Below are positions 45,951 through 55,865 of a DNA stretch of 64,000 bases, piece by piece. Location: assembly GCA_903879915.1 (NCBI GenBank), contig CAIRNJ010000043.1:15-64014 (forward strand), given 5' to 3'. How positions within the stretch are numbered: position 1 is the stretch's first letter; each line of letters begins with the position of its first letter. Source of the stretch: an uncultured Elusimicrobia bacterium. Its GTDB lineage: Bacteria; Elusimicrobiota; Elusimicrobia; Elusimicrobiales; UBA9959. The notes under the pieces were generated by a model. That model saw only the letters and a program-made list of their open reading frames with translations. It was not told the origin of the DNA and did no database searches. The position numbers were made by a program, and so were the translations under genes.

Positions 45951-46916
45951 ATGAGAACGAAGCCCGGTAACATCGAAACGTCCATGCTCGCCGTAAGCGA
46001 CGGCGTGCGCTCCGCCCTGGGCGCCATAGACCGGGAGATCTTCGATTTCAGGGAATTTCCCTCCCTTTTTCTGGGCAAAGCCGTAAGGGCGCGGTTTACG
46101 CTGCTGATGGGGCGCGCCCTCGGCCTGGACGCGGCGAAGGCCGAAAAGATCGCCGTAGCGGCCGAGCTGACGCATACCGCCTCTCTCCTGCACGACGACT
46201 GCATCGATACGGCGCGCAGCCGCCGCGGGCACCCCACGGTCAACGAAAAGCTGGGTGTGAACGCCGCTATCCTGGCGGGAGACCTGCTGATCTCCCTGGC
46301 TTTCGAACAGGCGGCCGGCGCCGCCCCCGGCCTGGCGCCGGAGCTGGTGCGCGCGGTTAGGAGCATGACCGAAGGCGCCCTGCTCGAGGAAAATACGCGC
46401 GGCAGCAGGGTTTCCGCCGAAACCGCCGCCCGCATAGTTACGCTGAAGACCGGATCGCTGTTCCGCTGGTGCGCCCTGGCGGCCGCGAACCTCGCCGTCC
46501 GGCCGGAGCTGCAGGAAGCCTGCGCGCGCATAGGGTCGGAGACCGGCTTCGCTTTCCAGGTCATAGACGACGTGCTGGATTTCGACGGAGACCCGGCCGA
46601 ATGCGGCAAAGAGATCTTGAAAGACGTTTCAGCGGGCAAATTCACGCTGCCGCTGATACTGGCGCTGAACGCGCCCGGGACCGGCGCCGGTGCGGAAGCG
46701 CTGCTGGCCGAGCTGAAAACAGGCCCCCCGGCCGACCTTGTCCCGGCCCTCGGCCTGGCCGCGCTGGTAAAGAGCGGCGGCTTCACCGCGGCCGCGCGCA
46801 ATTCCGCGCTGGAACGGATACTGGACCTTTTTCCGCTCATGGCCGCGCTGCCGGACAGGGACGGCGCGCAGGAACTGAAGCATTTCCTGCTGGCGCTCGC
46901 CGAGCGGAAAGCGTAG
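45951..46916 (+). CDS. Polyprenyl diphosphate synthase (HepT/IspB-like)
   Basis: ELTHTASLLHDDCID...RRG, KTG and FQVIDDVLD. Upstream TGcTAAAAT extended -10. Confidence 0.9.
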   Translation: MRTKPGNIETSMLAVSDGVRSALGAIDREIFDFREFPSLFLGKAVRARFTLLMGRALGLDAAKAEKIAVAAELTHTASLLHDDCIDTARSRRGHPTVNEKLGVNAAILAGDLLISLAFEQAAGAAPGLAPELVRAVRSMTEGALLEENTRGSRVSAETAARIVTLKTGSLFRWCALAAANLAVRPELQEACARIGSETGFAFQVIDDVLDFDGDPAECGKEILKDVSAGKFTLPLILALNAPGTGAGAEALLAELKTGPPADLVPALGLAALVKSGGFTAAARNSALERILDLFPLMAALPDRDGAQELKHFLLALAERKA

Positions 46917-46954
46917 CGGCCCGGCGGCAGGACCCGCTCCGGTTTGACCCCCGC

Positions 46955-47809
46955 ATGACCATAAAGAACTGGCTGATAGTCTTACGCGCGTATTCCTGGC
47001 CCGCCTCGCTGGTGCCGGTAGTGCTCGGTTCCGCGGTGGCCGCGCGCAGCGGCCGTTTTTCCTGGCTCGACCTGGCGCTCATAATGCCGGCCGCCCTGCT
47101 CATTCATTCCGCGGCGAACCTCGCCAACACGTATTTCGACTTCCGCAACGGGGTGGACAGGCCTGAAACCGCCGACGACAGGGGGCTCGTGGACAACATG
47201 CTCCCTCCCGCCCGCATGCTCCGGCTGGCGCTGGGCATGCTGGCGGCGGGCGCGGCCGCGGGCCTGCTGCTGGTGTTAAAGAATCACGTTCCCGCCATGC
47301 TGGCGCTGGGCGCCGCCGGCCTTGCGCTGGCCTGGTTCTATACCAGCGGCCCGGCGTATAAATACCGGAGGCTGGGGGACGCCGGCATTTTCCTGGCCTT
47401 CGGCCCGTGCATCGTTACAGGTACGGCGCTGATACAGACCGGCCGCTTTGTGCCGGAAGCGCTCTGGGCGTCCATACCGGTAGGCCTTCTGGTAACGGCC
47501 ATCCTGCACGCCAACAACATGCGCGACCTGCGCTCCGATTCCGCCGCGAATTTCCTCACGCTGGCGGCGACGCTGGGAACCGGCGGCGCGAAAAAATTCT
47601 ATTACGCCCTGATATTCACCCCCTATCTTTTTACTTTCACCTTCGGCAGCGCCTGGCCGGCGGCGCTGTGCGCGCTGTCAGTGCCCCTGGCGGTCAGGCT
47701 CGGGCGGCTGGCCGCCCGCGGCGAGTTTTCCCGGCTGGTGCCGGGAACCGCCGGGCTGGTGGCCGCATACGGCCTGCTGCTTTCGGCCGGGCTGCTCGCG
47801 GCCCCCTGA
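46955..47809 (+). CDS. menA: 1,4-dihydroxy-2-naphthoate prenyltransferase (UbiA family)
   Basis: ANTYFDF..GVD, YKY..LGD and ANNMRD...D motifs. Start taken at MTIKNW (46955), not the longer ORF. Confidence 0.85.
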   Translation: MTIKNWLIVLRAYSWPASLVPVVLGSAVAARSGRFSWLDLALIMPAALLIHSAANLANTYFDFRNGVDRPETADDRGLVDNMLPPARMLRLALGMLAAGAAAGLLLVLKNHVPAMLALGAAGLALAWFYTSGPAYKYRRLGDAGIFLAFGPCIVTGTALIQTGRFVPEALWASIPVGLLVTAILHANNMRDLRSDSAANFLTLAATLGTGGAKKFYYALIFTPYLFTFTFGSAWPAALCALSVPLAVRLGRLAARGEFSRLVPGTAGLVAAYGLLLSAGLLAAP

Positions 47810-47909
47810 GGCCGGCGCCGGCTTTCCCTTGTAAAACTGCTCGTTTTTTTATAAATTATAGACAGTCTGAATCGGTTTCAGGAAGAGATTCACGGAGGTT
47901 TCAGTTTAA

Positions 47910-48458
47910 ATGAGAAAATATTTTATCCTTCCGGCACTTGCGCTGCCGCTGCTTGCGGCGCTGCTGCTCTCGTCCTGCGCGGGGAAGAACACGAAGAAAG
48001 ACGGCTCCGCAACGGACAACATGACCGGCGACACGGCCACCATCCCTGCTCTCGAAGTACTCGAGAGCAGCGACGCCATGAAGACGGAAGGGGATATCCG
48101 GGGCGCGGAATTCCGTTCCGAGGAAAGTCTGAAGACCGTGACCTTCAATTACGACCGCTACGAGATCTCCGAAGAGAACCGCAAGATCCTGCAGGCCAAC
48201 GCCACCCTGCTGAAAGCGCGCAAAGAATGGGCCGTGCTGGTGGAAGGGCATTGCGACGAGCGCGGCACCACGGAATACAACCTGTCCCTGGGCCAGAAGA
48301 GGGCCAAGTCCGTGCGGGATTATTACGTGCGCCTGGGCGTACCGGAAAGCTCCCTCGGCACGATCTCCTACGGCGAGGAAATGCCGCTCTGCGTGGAATC
48401 CACCGACGCCTGCTGGGCGACCAACCGCCGGGCCGAAACCAAGATAAAGGTTCAATAA
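47910..48458 (+). CDS. pal: Peptidoglycan-associated lipoprotein
   Basis: Lipobox LSSC, EGHCDERGT.EYN.SLG..RA, SYGEE and NRR. Confidence 0.93.
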   Translation: MRKYFILPALALPLLAALLLSSCAGKNTKKDGSATDNMTGDTATIPALEVLESSDAMKTEGDIRGAEFRSEESLKTVTFNYDRYEISEENRKILQANATLLKARKEWAVLVEGHCDERGTTEYNLSLGQKRAKSVRDYYVRLGVPESSLGTISYGEEMPLCVESTDACWATNRRAETKIKVQ

Positions 48459-49220
48459 ATGCTCCGAGTAAAACCGTTATTCCTCCTCCCCGTCTGCCTG
48501 CTGGCGGCCGGCTGCGTAGCGACCCAGCAGGACATGCTGCAGATGCAGAGCCAGATGGACGACCTCAACAACAACCTCTCCAGCATGCAGAAGAACCAGG
48601 CCGAGCTGGCCGTAAAGATGGACGATCTTTCCAAGAACCTCAACATCTCGTCGGAGAACATGAAGGACATCTCCACCCAGATGGGCCGCCTGTCGGCCCG
48701 GCTCGACGAGCTGGACACCTCCATGAACAAGCGCGTCAACGCCATCGGCCAGACCATCCGCAAGCAGCAGGAGGACGTGGAAACGGCGCTGCTGCCGGCG
48801 AAGCTTTACAACGACGCCTACAACGCCTATCTCAGCAACAACTTCGACGGCGCCGCCGCGGGTTTCAGGAACTACCTGGCGAAATTCGCGTCAGGCGAAA
48901 TGGCCGAGAACGCGTACTATTTCCTCGGGGAGTCGCTTTACCTGAAAGAGCGCTGGCAGGACGCCGCGCTGGCGTACGCCAATGTGCTGGAAAAATTCCC
49001 CCGGTCGGGGCGGGTGCCCGCGGCGCGGCTTAAATACGCCCTGTCGCTGCTGAAGCTGCCGGAAGACAAGAAAAGCGAAGCCCTGAAATATCTCGAATCC
49101 GTCATCCGGGATTTCCCCAAATCGCAGGAAGCGGAAACGGCCAAAGACAACATCGACCGGCTTTCTCCGCCCAAGCAGGCTCCGCAGCCGGTGAAGAAGC
49201 ACGCCGCTAAAAAAGGATAA
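48459..49220 (+). CDS. cpoB: Tol-Pal protein CpoB/YbgF (lipoprotein, coiled coil plus TPR)
   Basis: Lipobox AAGC, coiled coil and TPR helices (NAYYFLGES). Directly after pal. Confidence 0.85.
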   Translation: MLRVKPLFLLPVCLLAAGCVATQQDMLQMQSQMDDLNNNLSSMQKNQAELAVKMDDLSKNLNISSENMKDISTQMGRLSARLDELDTSMNKRVNAIGQTIRKQQEDVETALLPAKLYNDAYNAYLSNNFDGAAAGFRNYLAKFASGEMAENAYYFLGESLYLKERWQDAALAYANVLEKFPRSGRVPAARLKYALSLLKLPEDKKSEALKYLESVIRDFPKSQEAETAKDNIDRLSPPKQAPQPVKKHAAKKG

Positions 49221-49229
49221 ACTCCACGC

Positions 49230-50513
49230 ATGAAAGCGCTCACGGCTCTGCTCCTGTTCGCGGCCGCACAACCGCTTGCGGCCGCCACCAATATTTATAT
49301 CGGCGTAGAGTCGGCGATAGAACTGAAGAAGGTCCCTGTCGCGCTTTCGCAGTTCCTTCCGCTGCGCGCGGACAAGCCGGCCGACCTTGACCTGGCGGAA
49401 TCTTTCCGCGACATCGTCCGTTCCGACCTGCTCTATTCGCGCTATTTCGACATAGAGGAAGACGCGCTTTCCCCGGCCAACCTCGACACCGGGCCGGAAG
49501 CGATGAGCTTCTGGAAAAATCTCGCCGGGCACCTGATCACCGGCAGGGGACAGGACGCCGGCTCGGTCTGGACCTTCAACGCCCGGCTGCACGACCTGAA
49601 TTCCGGCGCCATAGCGATGGAAAAGCACTACCAGGGGGAAAAGCGCGCCATGCGCCGGGCCGCCCACATGTTCTCCGACGACGTGATCCAGCGCCTGACC
49701 GGGCGCAAGGGCATAGCGCATTCCAAGCTCGTCTTCGCCAACAACGCCACGGGGCACAAAGAGATCTACATGGTGGATTACGACGGGGAGAATCTCACCA
49801 GGCTTACCACCGACAACAGCATAAACCTGCTGCCGCGCTGGTCGGCGGATTCCGAGCGCATCTATTATACGACCTACCGCTGGGGCAACCCGGACATGTT
49901 CGAAATAGACCTGAGAGCCGGCAAGATACGCCCCTTTACCACCTTCCAGGGCCTCAACATCCCGGGCGGCTTCTCGCCGGACGGCCTGACCATGGTGATG
50001 ACCCTCTCCAGAGGCGACGATCCGAACATCTACGCGCTGGACATCGTCACAAAAAAGCTCAAAGCGCTGATGAAGGGCTTCGGCGTCAGCACCTCCCCCT
50101 CGTGGTCGCCAGACGGGAAGGAAGTGGCTTTCGTCTCCGACCGGGCCGGGAACCCGCAGATCTACGTGCTTAACCTGGCCTCCGGTAAAACCCGCCGGCT
50201 GACCAAGATGAACTGGTGCGACTCCCCCTCGTGGTCCCCCTCCGGGGAATGGCTGATCTTCGCGGGCAGGGAATCCTCCAAGGAAAAGTTCAACATCTAC
50301 CGCTCCGACCTCACGGGCAGCCAGATCCGCCGCCTTACCGAGAAAGCCGGCGACAACGAGGACCCCTCCTGGTCGCCCGACGGCAGGTTCATAGCCTTTA
50401 CCTCCACCCGGCGCGGGCACAAGGAACTTTTCGTGATGGACGCCGACGGCAGCGCGCCGCACCCGCTGACGGACCTGCCCGGCAGCACCTTCACCCCCAA
50501 CTGGAGCCAGTAA
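49230..50513 (+). CDS. tolB: Tol-Pal beta-propeller protein TolB
   Basis: AAH.F.D, DYDG.N and repeated P.WSPDG (PD40) motifs. Confidence 0.92.
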   Translation: MKALTALLLFAAAQPLAAATNIYIGVESAIELKKVPVALSQFLPLRADKPADLDLAESFRDIVRSDLLYSRYFDIEEDALSPANLDTGPEAMSFWKNLAGHLITGRGQDAGSVWTFNARLHDLNSGAIAMEKHYQGEKRAMRRAAHMFSDDVIQRLTGRKGIAHSKLVFANNATGHKEIYMVDYDGENLTRLTTDNSINLLPRWSADSERIYYTTYRWGNPDMFEIDLRAGKIRPFTTFQGLNIPGGFSPDGLTMVMTLSRGDDPNIYALDIVTKKLKALMKGFGVSTSPSWSPDGKEVAFVSDRAGNPQIYVLNLASGKTRRLTKMNWCDSPSWSPSGEWLIFAGRESSKEKFNIYRSDLTGSQIRRLTEKAGDNEDPSWSPDGRFIAFTSTRRGHKELFVMDADGSAPHPLTDLPGSTFTPNWSQ

Positions 50514-50530
50514 CCCGGCAAAAGATATCC

Positions 50531-50583
50531 CGCAAAAAGGAACGCAGAGAAGATCTTAGTCTTCTCTGCGTTCCTTTTTTGCG
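50531..50583. terminator. Bidirectional intrinsic terminator
   Basis: aaaaaggaacgcagagaaga-loop-tcttctctgcgttcctttttt between convergent genes. Confidence 0.88.
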
Positions 50584-50621
50584 GCCGCCGCTGCGCGCAG
50601 CAGCGCTCCCGCGGTTATTTT

Positions 50622-51122
50622 TTACTTAGGGAAGAAGGAACGGGCCTTTTCCAGCAGGGAGCAGAAGAAACAGCCTTCGGGGGCGGCTGAGCGCGAGGGG
50701 TGGAATTTCAGGTCCTTGTCGGTCTTGAGGGCGGCCGCCAGCTTCCCGTCGAGCAGCGCCAGGAACTCGGTGCCCAGGCGCTTGCGGCGCTCGGAAAGCA
50801 TGCCGGGGTTCACCACGTTCTCCAGCGCGAAATACTCCTGACCGCAGAACGCCTGTATGTACGGGCTTTCCATGAACTCGGCCACGGCGTCCTCGTCGGA
50901 GAGGTTCTTAAGCTGCTTCACCGCCAGCAGGCCGCAGACCAGCCGGGAATCCTTCGCGGGCCGGCCGTAGCCGGCCGAGAAGTACCGGCCGTAGGCCTCG
51001 TCCAGCTCGCTCCAGGGCAGGGCCTCCGCCAGCTTCAGCCAGCGGTTGGAGGGCGCGAGCTTGCCGCCCAGGTGGAACAGTTTCCCGAACAAAGAAGGAT
51101 TGAATTTTTCAGAGCGGTACAT
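50622..51122 (-). CDS. Stand-alone IS5-family transposase N-terminal domain (DUF772/InsH-N-like), no DDE domain
   Basis: L...NRW.KLA..LPW.....Y...F....GRPA...RL..G.L..K....LSDE..V....E.PY.Q.FCG...F....L...RKRLG. Confidence 0.75.
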   Translation of the reverse strand: MYRSEKFNPSLFGKLFHLGGKLAPSNRWLKLAEALPWSELDEAYGRYFSAGYGRPAKDSRLVCGLLAVKQLKNLSDEDAVAEFMESPYIQAFCGQEYFALENVVNPGMLSERRKRLGTEFLALLDGKLAAALKTDKDLKFHPSRSAAPEGCFFCSLLEKARSFFPK

Positions 51123-51151
51123 AAAGTGATGACCGGCGGCCAGTTACTCCT

Positions 51152-51715
51152 CTATTTCTCAGGCTGGAAGCATTTGCGGCAGCGGGCCTCGTACTTGTCC
51201 CCGGCGCCTACCTCTATGCGCTTGCCGGAACTGGTGAGGCGCTGGCTGAAATGGGCGGGATTGCCGCAGACCATGCAGATGGCGAGGTTCTTGGTGACGA
51301 ACTCGGCCACGGCCATCAGCTTGGCCATGTTGACGAACGGCTCGCCGCGGTAGTCCTGGTCCAGGCCGGCGACGATGACCCTTTTACCGGAATCCGCCAG
51401 TTTGCCGCACACTTCCACCAGCTCTTCACCGAAGAAGTGAGCCTCGTCTATGCCCACCACCTGCGTGTCGCGCAGCACGTCCTTGAGTATTTCCTTGGCC
51501 GTCTTCACCGGGATGGCCGACAGCGTCACCTTGTCGTGCGAGACCAGGTGGTCCTTGGAATAGCGGATGTCGAGGTGAGAATTGAACACCTGAACCTTCT
51601 GCCTGGCGATGTTGGCCAGTTTCAGGCGCCGTATAAGCTCCTGGGTCTTGCCGGAGAACATGCTGCCGCACACCACCTCGATCCAGCCCGAAGAAGAAGA
51701 AACATTGAAGATCAT
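51152..51715 (-). CDS. tdk: Thymidine kinase
   Basis: GSMFSGKT, IDEAHF, AGLD.D..G.PF, C..CG and YEARCRKC. Confidence 0.95.
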   Translation of the reverse strand: MIFNVSSSSGWIEVVCGSMFSGKTQELIRRLKLANIARQKVQVFNSHLDIRYSKDHLVSHDKVTLSAIPVKTAKEILKDVLRDTQVVGIDEAHFFGEELVEVCGKLADSGKRVIVAGLDQDYRGEPFVNMAKLMAVAEFVTKNLAICMVCGNPAHFSQRLTSSGKRIEVGAGDKYEARCRKCFQPEK

Positions 51716-52668
51716 TTCGCCCCCTTATATTTTCCGGAGAAATAGTCCCAGGTAAGCTTGAGCCCCTCAGGGAAGCGGACCAGCGGCTTGTACTTCAGCA
51801 GCTTGCGCGCCAGGGAGATATCGGAATAAGTTTTGCGGATGTCCCCTTTGCGCTTGGGCGAGAAGGTCCTGGCGATCTTGTGCCCGGTAATCTTCTCGAG
51901 CTGGTCCGCGATGTCCAGCAGCGAGATGTTGGTGCCGGTGGCCACGTTGATGGTCCGGCCGGAAACGGCGGCGGGGGCCAGCGCGGCGCGGATATTGCCG
52001 TCCACCACGTTGCGCACGAAGGTGAAATCGCGGGACTGCCTGCCGTCCCAGTGGATCTCGAGGGGACGGCCCTGCATCACCAGTTCCATGAACCGGGGGA
52101 TCACGGCGGAGTAGACCGACTCCGGGTTCTGCCTGGGCCCGAACACGTTGAAATAGCGCAGCGCCACGGTTTCCAGTCCGTAGGTTTTGGCGTAGACATG
52201 GCAGTAGTGCTCGCCCGCCAGCTTGCTTACGGCGTAGGGCGAGACCGGCGCGGTGGGCAGGCTCTCTTTCTGCGGGAAGATATTGCATTCGCCGTAGGCC
52301 GAGCTCGTGGCCGCGTAGACGAACCGCTTCACGCCCGCGGCTTTGGCCGCCATCAGGGCATTGAGCGTCCCCGTGGCGTTGTTGTCGTTGGCGGCGCGCG
52401 GGTTGTCCACGGATTTGGGCACCGAACGGAACGCCGCCTGGTGCAGCACGTAGGTGACGCCCTTCATGGCCCTGGCCAGGTCTTTAGGCTCGCGCAGGTC
52501 GCCTTTCACCAGTTCGAATCTGCCCTTGAAGGGCTCGAGGTTCTCTTTCTTGCCCGTAGAGAAATTATCGAACACCCGCACGCGGTATTTCCTGCGCACA
52601 AGTTCCTCCACGATATTGGAGCCGATGAACCCGGCGCCCCCGGTGACCAGCCAAAGCGGTTTTGTCAT
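51712..52668 (-). CDS. NAD-dependent nucleotide-sugar epimerase (WbpP-like SDR)
   Basis: GGAGFIGS, SVPKSV, PYAVSK and LRYFNVFGPRQ. Confidence 0.9.
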   Translation of the reverse strand: MTKPLWLVTGGAGFIGSNIVEELVRRKYRVRVFDNFSTGKKENLEPFKGRFELVKGDLREPKDLARAMKGVTYVLHQAAFRSVPKSVDNPRAANDNNATGTLNALMAAKAAGVKRFVYAATSSAYGECNIFPQKESLPTAPVSPYAVSKLAGEHYCHVYAKTYGLETVALRYFNVFGPRQNPESVYSAVIPRFMELVMQGRPLEIHWDGRQSRDFTFVRNVVDGNIRAALAPAAVSGRTINVATGTNISLLDIADQLEKITGHKIARTFSPKRKGDIRKTYSDISLARKLLKYKPLVRFPEGLKLTWDYFSGKYKGAK

Positions 52669-52772
52669 ATGTTTTCTGAGCCTCTCTTAAGAAATACAGT
52701 TTAACATTTTGCGGCCCGCGCAAAAAAGTCCCGGCCCCGCGCCCCGGGGATCGGTCTTCGAGCTCCGGTCCC

Positions 52773-54854
52773 TTAATCCCTTACTTCCCCCGCCTGCCGC
52801 CACGGGTGCCAGAACGCGCGTGATTTCTCTTCGAGGTCGTCCTTGCGCTCCGGCTCGTTCATGCGCAGGGTCACATAGAAGAAGAATTCCCGCACCCCGC
52901 CGGAACGCTCCTTGAAGTTCCAGCGCGTGCGGAAATCGTGGAAATCGCGGTAAAGGGTTATTCCTTTCTCGAACAATTTAATATCGCTGAAATTAAAGCC
53001 GCCCTCCGAGATCAGCTGGCAGCGCAGCACCGTCTCGGCCCGCCAGGCCGAACCGCGCCAGGGGCGGAAGCCCAGAGTGTTGCTGACCACCCAGGCGTGG
53101 GGCGCGCTGCTGTAGTTTGCTATGCCCCCGCCGACGTACGTCTCCGTGTCGCCCACGTTGAGCTGGGCCACGAAACTGCGCGTCCCGGTGTGCAGGCTGT
53201 AAGTCTCCGCCGCGTAAATATCCATGTTCGGGCGCGGCGCGTAATACAGCTCGCCGGTCACCGGCGCCAGGCGCCGGGAGAAGGACGCCTCGTAATAATT
53301 GCGCAGATCGTAGGCGGTGGACAGCTTATAATACGAATTGGACCGCGGCATCACGAACAGCTGGGAGGAAACGGAGTTGATCTCCTGGCCCTTGTCCGCC
53401 GAGGCGCGGGCGTCCTGCCATTTATTGTCCCTGAGCCGCTGCTTGTACGAATACCCGAGGTCCAGCGAGCCCCAGACCCTGTCGTAGCGGAGGTTCGCTA
53501 CGGCGCCGTAGCGGCCGGTCCAGGTATCCGGCCGGCCCTGTTCGGTGGAAATGAACACCGACTGGTCGTAGAACACCGACGGGGAAAGCGTCACGCTGCG
53601 CGCCAGCGGCACCGCCCTGGAGACGGTCCACGCTCCGTTGCCGCGCCGCTGCGCGCTGGACTGCCCCTCGTCGCGCGCGTTCTCGAAATAGCCGCTGAAC
53701 GAATTCAGCACCGGCAGGCGCAGCACCTTGAAAGGGACCGTGTTAAAATCAAGGCGGGGAATGGAGCTGTTGGCCTTCCTGAACGCGCTAAGGTCGGCCG
53801 TGCGGGTCTCGCGCCCCGCGGCGCTGACGCGCGTGACCGTGGAATTGGTCTTTCTGGTGAAGGCGACGCTGGCCTGTTCGTCCGGGCTGACGGCGAAAGG
53901 GTTGCTGCGGAAAAAGTCGTTGTTCACCCTCGGGTCGGAAAGCAGCCTGAAATAGCCCTGGCTGTAATACTGCGAGGGGTCCGACTCGTTGAAGCGGTTC
54001 AGCAGGTGCCAGTAGCCGCCGCCGGCGCCCCATCTGTCCTTGTGCATGCCGTATTCGCGTATCCGGTAGAAGGAAGCGTTCGTGATGTTCTTCTCGGGCC
54101 GGCGGAAATCCGCTTCCCCGCCCATGCCCACGCCGCGCTTCCCGAAATAATCCAGGAAAACCTTGGCCCGCGTTTCCGTGTTGACGCGGTAAACGTAGCT
54201 GGACTTTATAAAGAAGCCGTTGCGCTGGTCATACCCGGGCCGGAAGATGCTCACGAAGGGGGTGCCGCCGCCGAAAGGCTTGTAAAGCACCGGGAAATAG
54301 AACACCGGGACCTTCCCGATGAACAGCACCGTGTTGTAAGCCAGGAAATAGCGCCCCGGCGCGAGGTAGATGCGGGAGGCGCGCAGATCGTAGTGAGGCG
54401 GGGCCTCGTCGCAGCTGGTCAGGCTGGCCTTTTTATAGGTATAGCTGTCATGGTCGAAATCCACCGACCTGCCGCGGAAGATGAAATTCCTGTAAGCGAA
54501 CCTGCCGTCGTTGATATGCCCCGTCTCGGCGCCGTAGTTCATGGCCCCGCTACGGCCGTAGGCTATGCCGGTGTCGTCGTCTATCACGAAATCCTCCGGC
54601 GAAACCACGGTCCGGCTGTCCATGTTGACCGTGAGATTTTTGGCGCGGATGAGCTTGACCGTCTTATCCTGCGCGGACACCTCCTCGAGCTTGACGTCGC
54701 CGCTGAGTTCGATCACCCTGGTATATTCGTTGAATTTAGCCTCTTGCGCCTCGAAGCGCACGCGGTGCGTTCCGGTGGACGCGGGCAGTTCGTACGCTGC
54801 GGCGGGCAGGGCCGCCGGCACGGATAAAAGCACGCAGCAGATCAGTTTTTTCAT
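52773..54854 (-). CDS. LPS-assembly protein LptD-like
   Basis: Signal peptide, OstA-like N-terminus, TSCD..PPHY...A..I, ..VPVFYFP and PGY....G.FIK, followed by barrel strands. Confidence 0.75.
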   Translation of the reverse strand: MKKLICCVLLSVPAALPAAAYELPASTGTHRVRFEAQEAKFNEYTRVIELSGDVKLEEVSAQDKTVKLIRAKNLTVNMDSRTVVSPEDFVIDDDTGIAYGRSGAMNYGAETGHINDGRFAYRNFIFRGRSVDFDHDSYTYKKASLTSCDEAPPHYDLRASRIYLAPGRYFLAYNTVLFIGKVPVFYFPVLYKPFGGGTPFVSIFRPGYDQRNGFFIKSSYVYRVNTETRAKVFLDYFGKRGVGMGGEADFRRPEKNITNASFYRIREYGMHKDRWGAGGGYWHLLNRFNESDPSQYYSQGYFRLLSDPRVNNDFFRSNPFAVSPDEQASVAFTRKTNSTVTRVSAAGRETRTADLSAFRKANSSIPRLDFNTVPFKVLRLPVLNSFSGYFENARDEGQSSAQRRGNGAWTVSRAVPLARSVTLSPSVFYDQSVFISTEQGRPDTWTGRYGAVANLRYDRVWGSLDLGYSYKQRLRDNKWQDARASADKGQEINSVSSQLFVMPRSNSYYKLSTAYDLRNYYEASFSRRLAPVTGELYYAPRPNMDIYAAETYSLHTGTRSFVAQLNVGDTETYVGGGIANYSSAPHAWVVSNTLGFRPWRGSAWRAETVLRCQLISEGGFNFSDIKLFEKGITLYRDFHDFRTRWNFKERSGGVREFFFYVTLRMNEPERKDDLEEKSRAFWHPWRQAGEVRD

Positions 54855-54903
54855 CCCTTCCAGTTACGCCTTCGGCGGGAGCTCTCCCGGCCCGGCCGCC
54901 GCG

Positions 54904-55854
54904 CTACGCCCGCTTGCGCGCCCGCTCCAGCCCGAACAGGGCCGCCCCGTGAGAACCGAGGTCGGGATCGTCCGACACCTTTATCTTCACCTCGGAGAAA
55001 GGGGTCTCGATCTGCTGACGGCCCAGCACCGCGTTCATGGCGGGCATGAACCATTTTTTCGCCTTGGAAACGCCGCCGGTCAGGATCACGTAATCCGGGT
55101 TGAGCAGCAGGATCATTCCGGCCAGGCCCCTGCCCAGCGCGTCGCCCATCTCCGCCCATACCTGCCGCGCCTGTTTGTTCCCGGCGGCGGCCGCATCGGT
55201 AAGACAGATAGTGTTGAACTTCAGATGCCCGGGCGAGCAGAACTTCCGCATGAATTCCTTCTCGTCGCTGATCAGCTCGCGGGCGCGCGCCATTATCGCA
55301 TAGCTGCCGCAGTAGGACTCGAGGCAGCCCCGGCCGCCGCAGTTGCAGGGACGGCCGTCGCGCTCTATCTTCAGGTGGCCGGCTTCCCCCGCCGACCCCG
55401 TGGCCCCGTGAAAAAGTTCGCCGTTAAGAATGATGCCGGTGCCTATGCCGGTCCCCAGCGTGAGGGCGATGGCGCTGATCTTTTTCCGCCCCAGTTCCAG
55501 CTCGAAAGCGCCCCAGGCTGCCATGTTGGCGTCGTTCTCCATAACGCAGGGCAGCCCGGTCAGCCGCTCCAGCGGGGCCGTCAGCTTAACGTTGCGCCAC
55601 GCCAGGTTGGGCGAAAAGCGTATTTTCCCGTTCTCCGGGTCCACGTCGCCGGCGGCGCCGATGCCTATCGAAACAAGCCGCTTGCCGTATTTGGCCCGGA
55701 GGTTGCGCACCACGGCGGACAGCCTGCGCACGAAGTCGGGCGCGCCTTTTTCAGCTTCCGTGCGGAACCGCTCCTGCGTTACCAGTTTTCCGGCCGCGTT
55801 CACAGCCACTATTTTCGTGTTCGTACCGCCGATATCGATGCCGAGTCCTATCAT
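54904..55854 (-). CDS. ROK-family sugar kinase (glucokinase-like)
   Basis: GIDIGGT, ENDAN, LGTGIG, GEAGH and C.CG..GCLE. Confidence 0.92.
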   Translation of the reverse strand: MIGLGIDIGGTNTKIVAVNAAGKLVTQERFRTEAEKGAPDFVRRLSAVVRNLRAKYGKRLVSIGIGAAGDVDPENGKIRFSPNLAWRNVKLTAPLERLTGLPCVMENDANMAAWGAFELELGRKKISAIALTLGTGIGTGIILNGELFHGATGSAGEAGHLKIERDGRPCNCGGRGCLESYCGSYAIMARARELISDEKEFMRKFCSPGHLKFNTICLTDAAAAGNKQARQVWAEMGDALGRGLAGMILLLNPDYVILTGGVSKAKKWFMPAMNAVLGRQQIETPFSEVKIKVSDDPDLGSHGAALFGLERARKRA

Positions 55855-55865
55855 AGTGCCTCCAG

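Noticed and set aside
46469-46954. N-terminal extension of menA; likewise the folC extension 57222-57575
   Set aside because: Both overlap the upstream gene in another frame. Family similarity begins at MTIKNW and MTFEE.
50590-51150. Intact IS5 element
   Set aside because: No DDE domain, no terminal inverted repeats or target-site duplication found, and no room for a full element.
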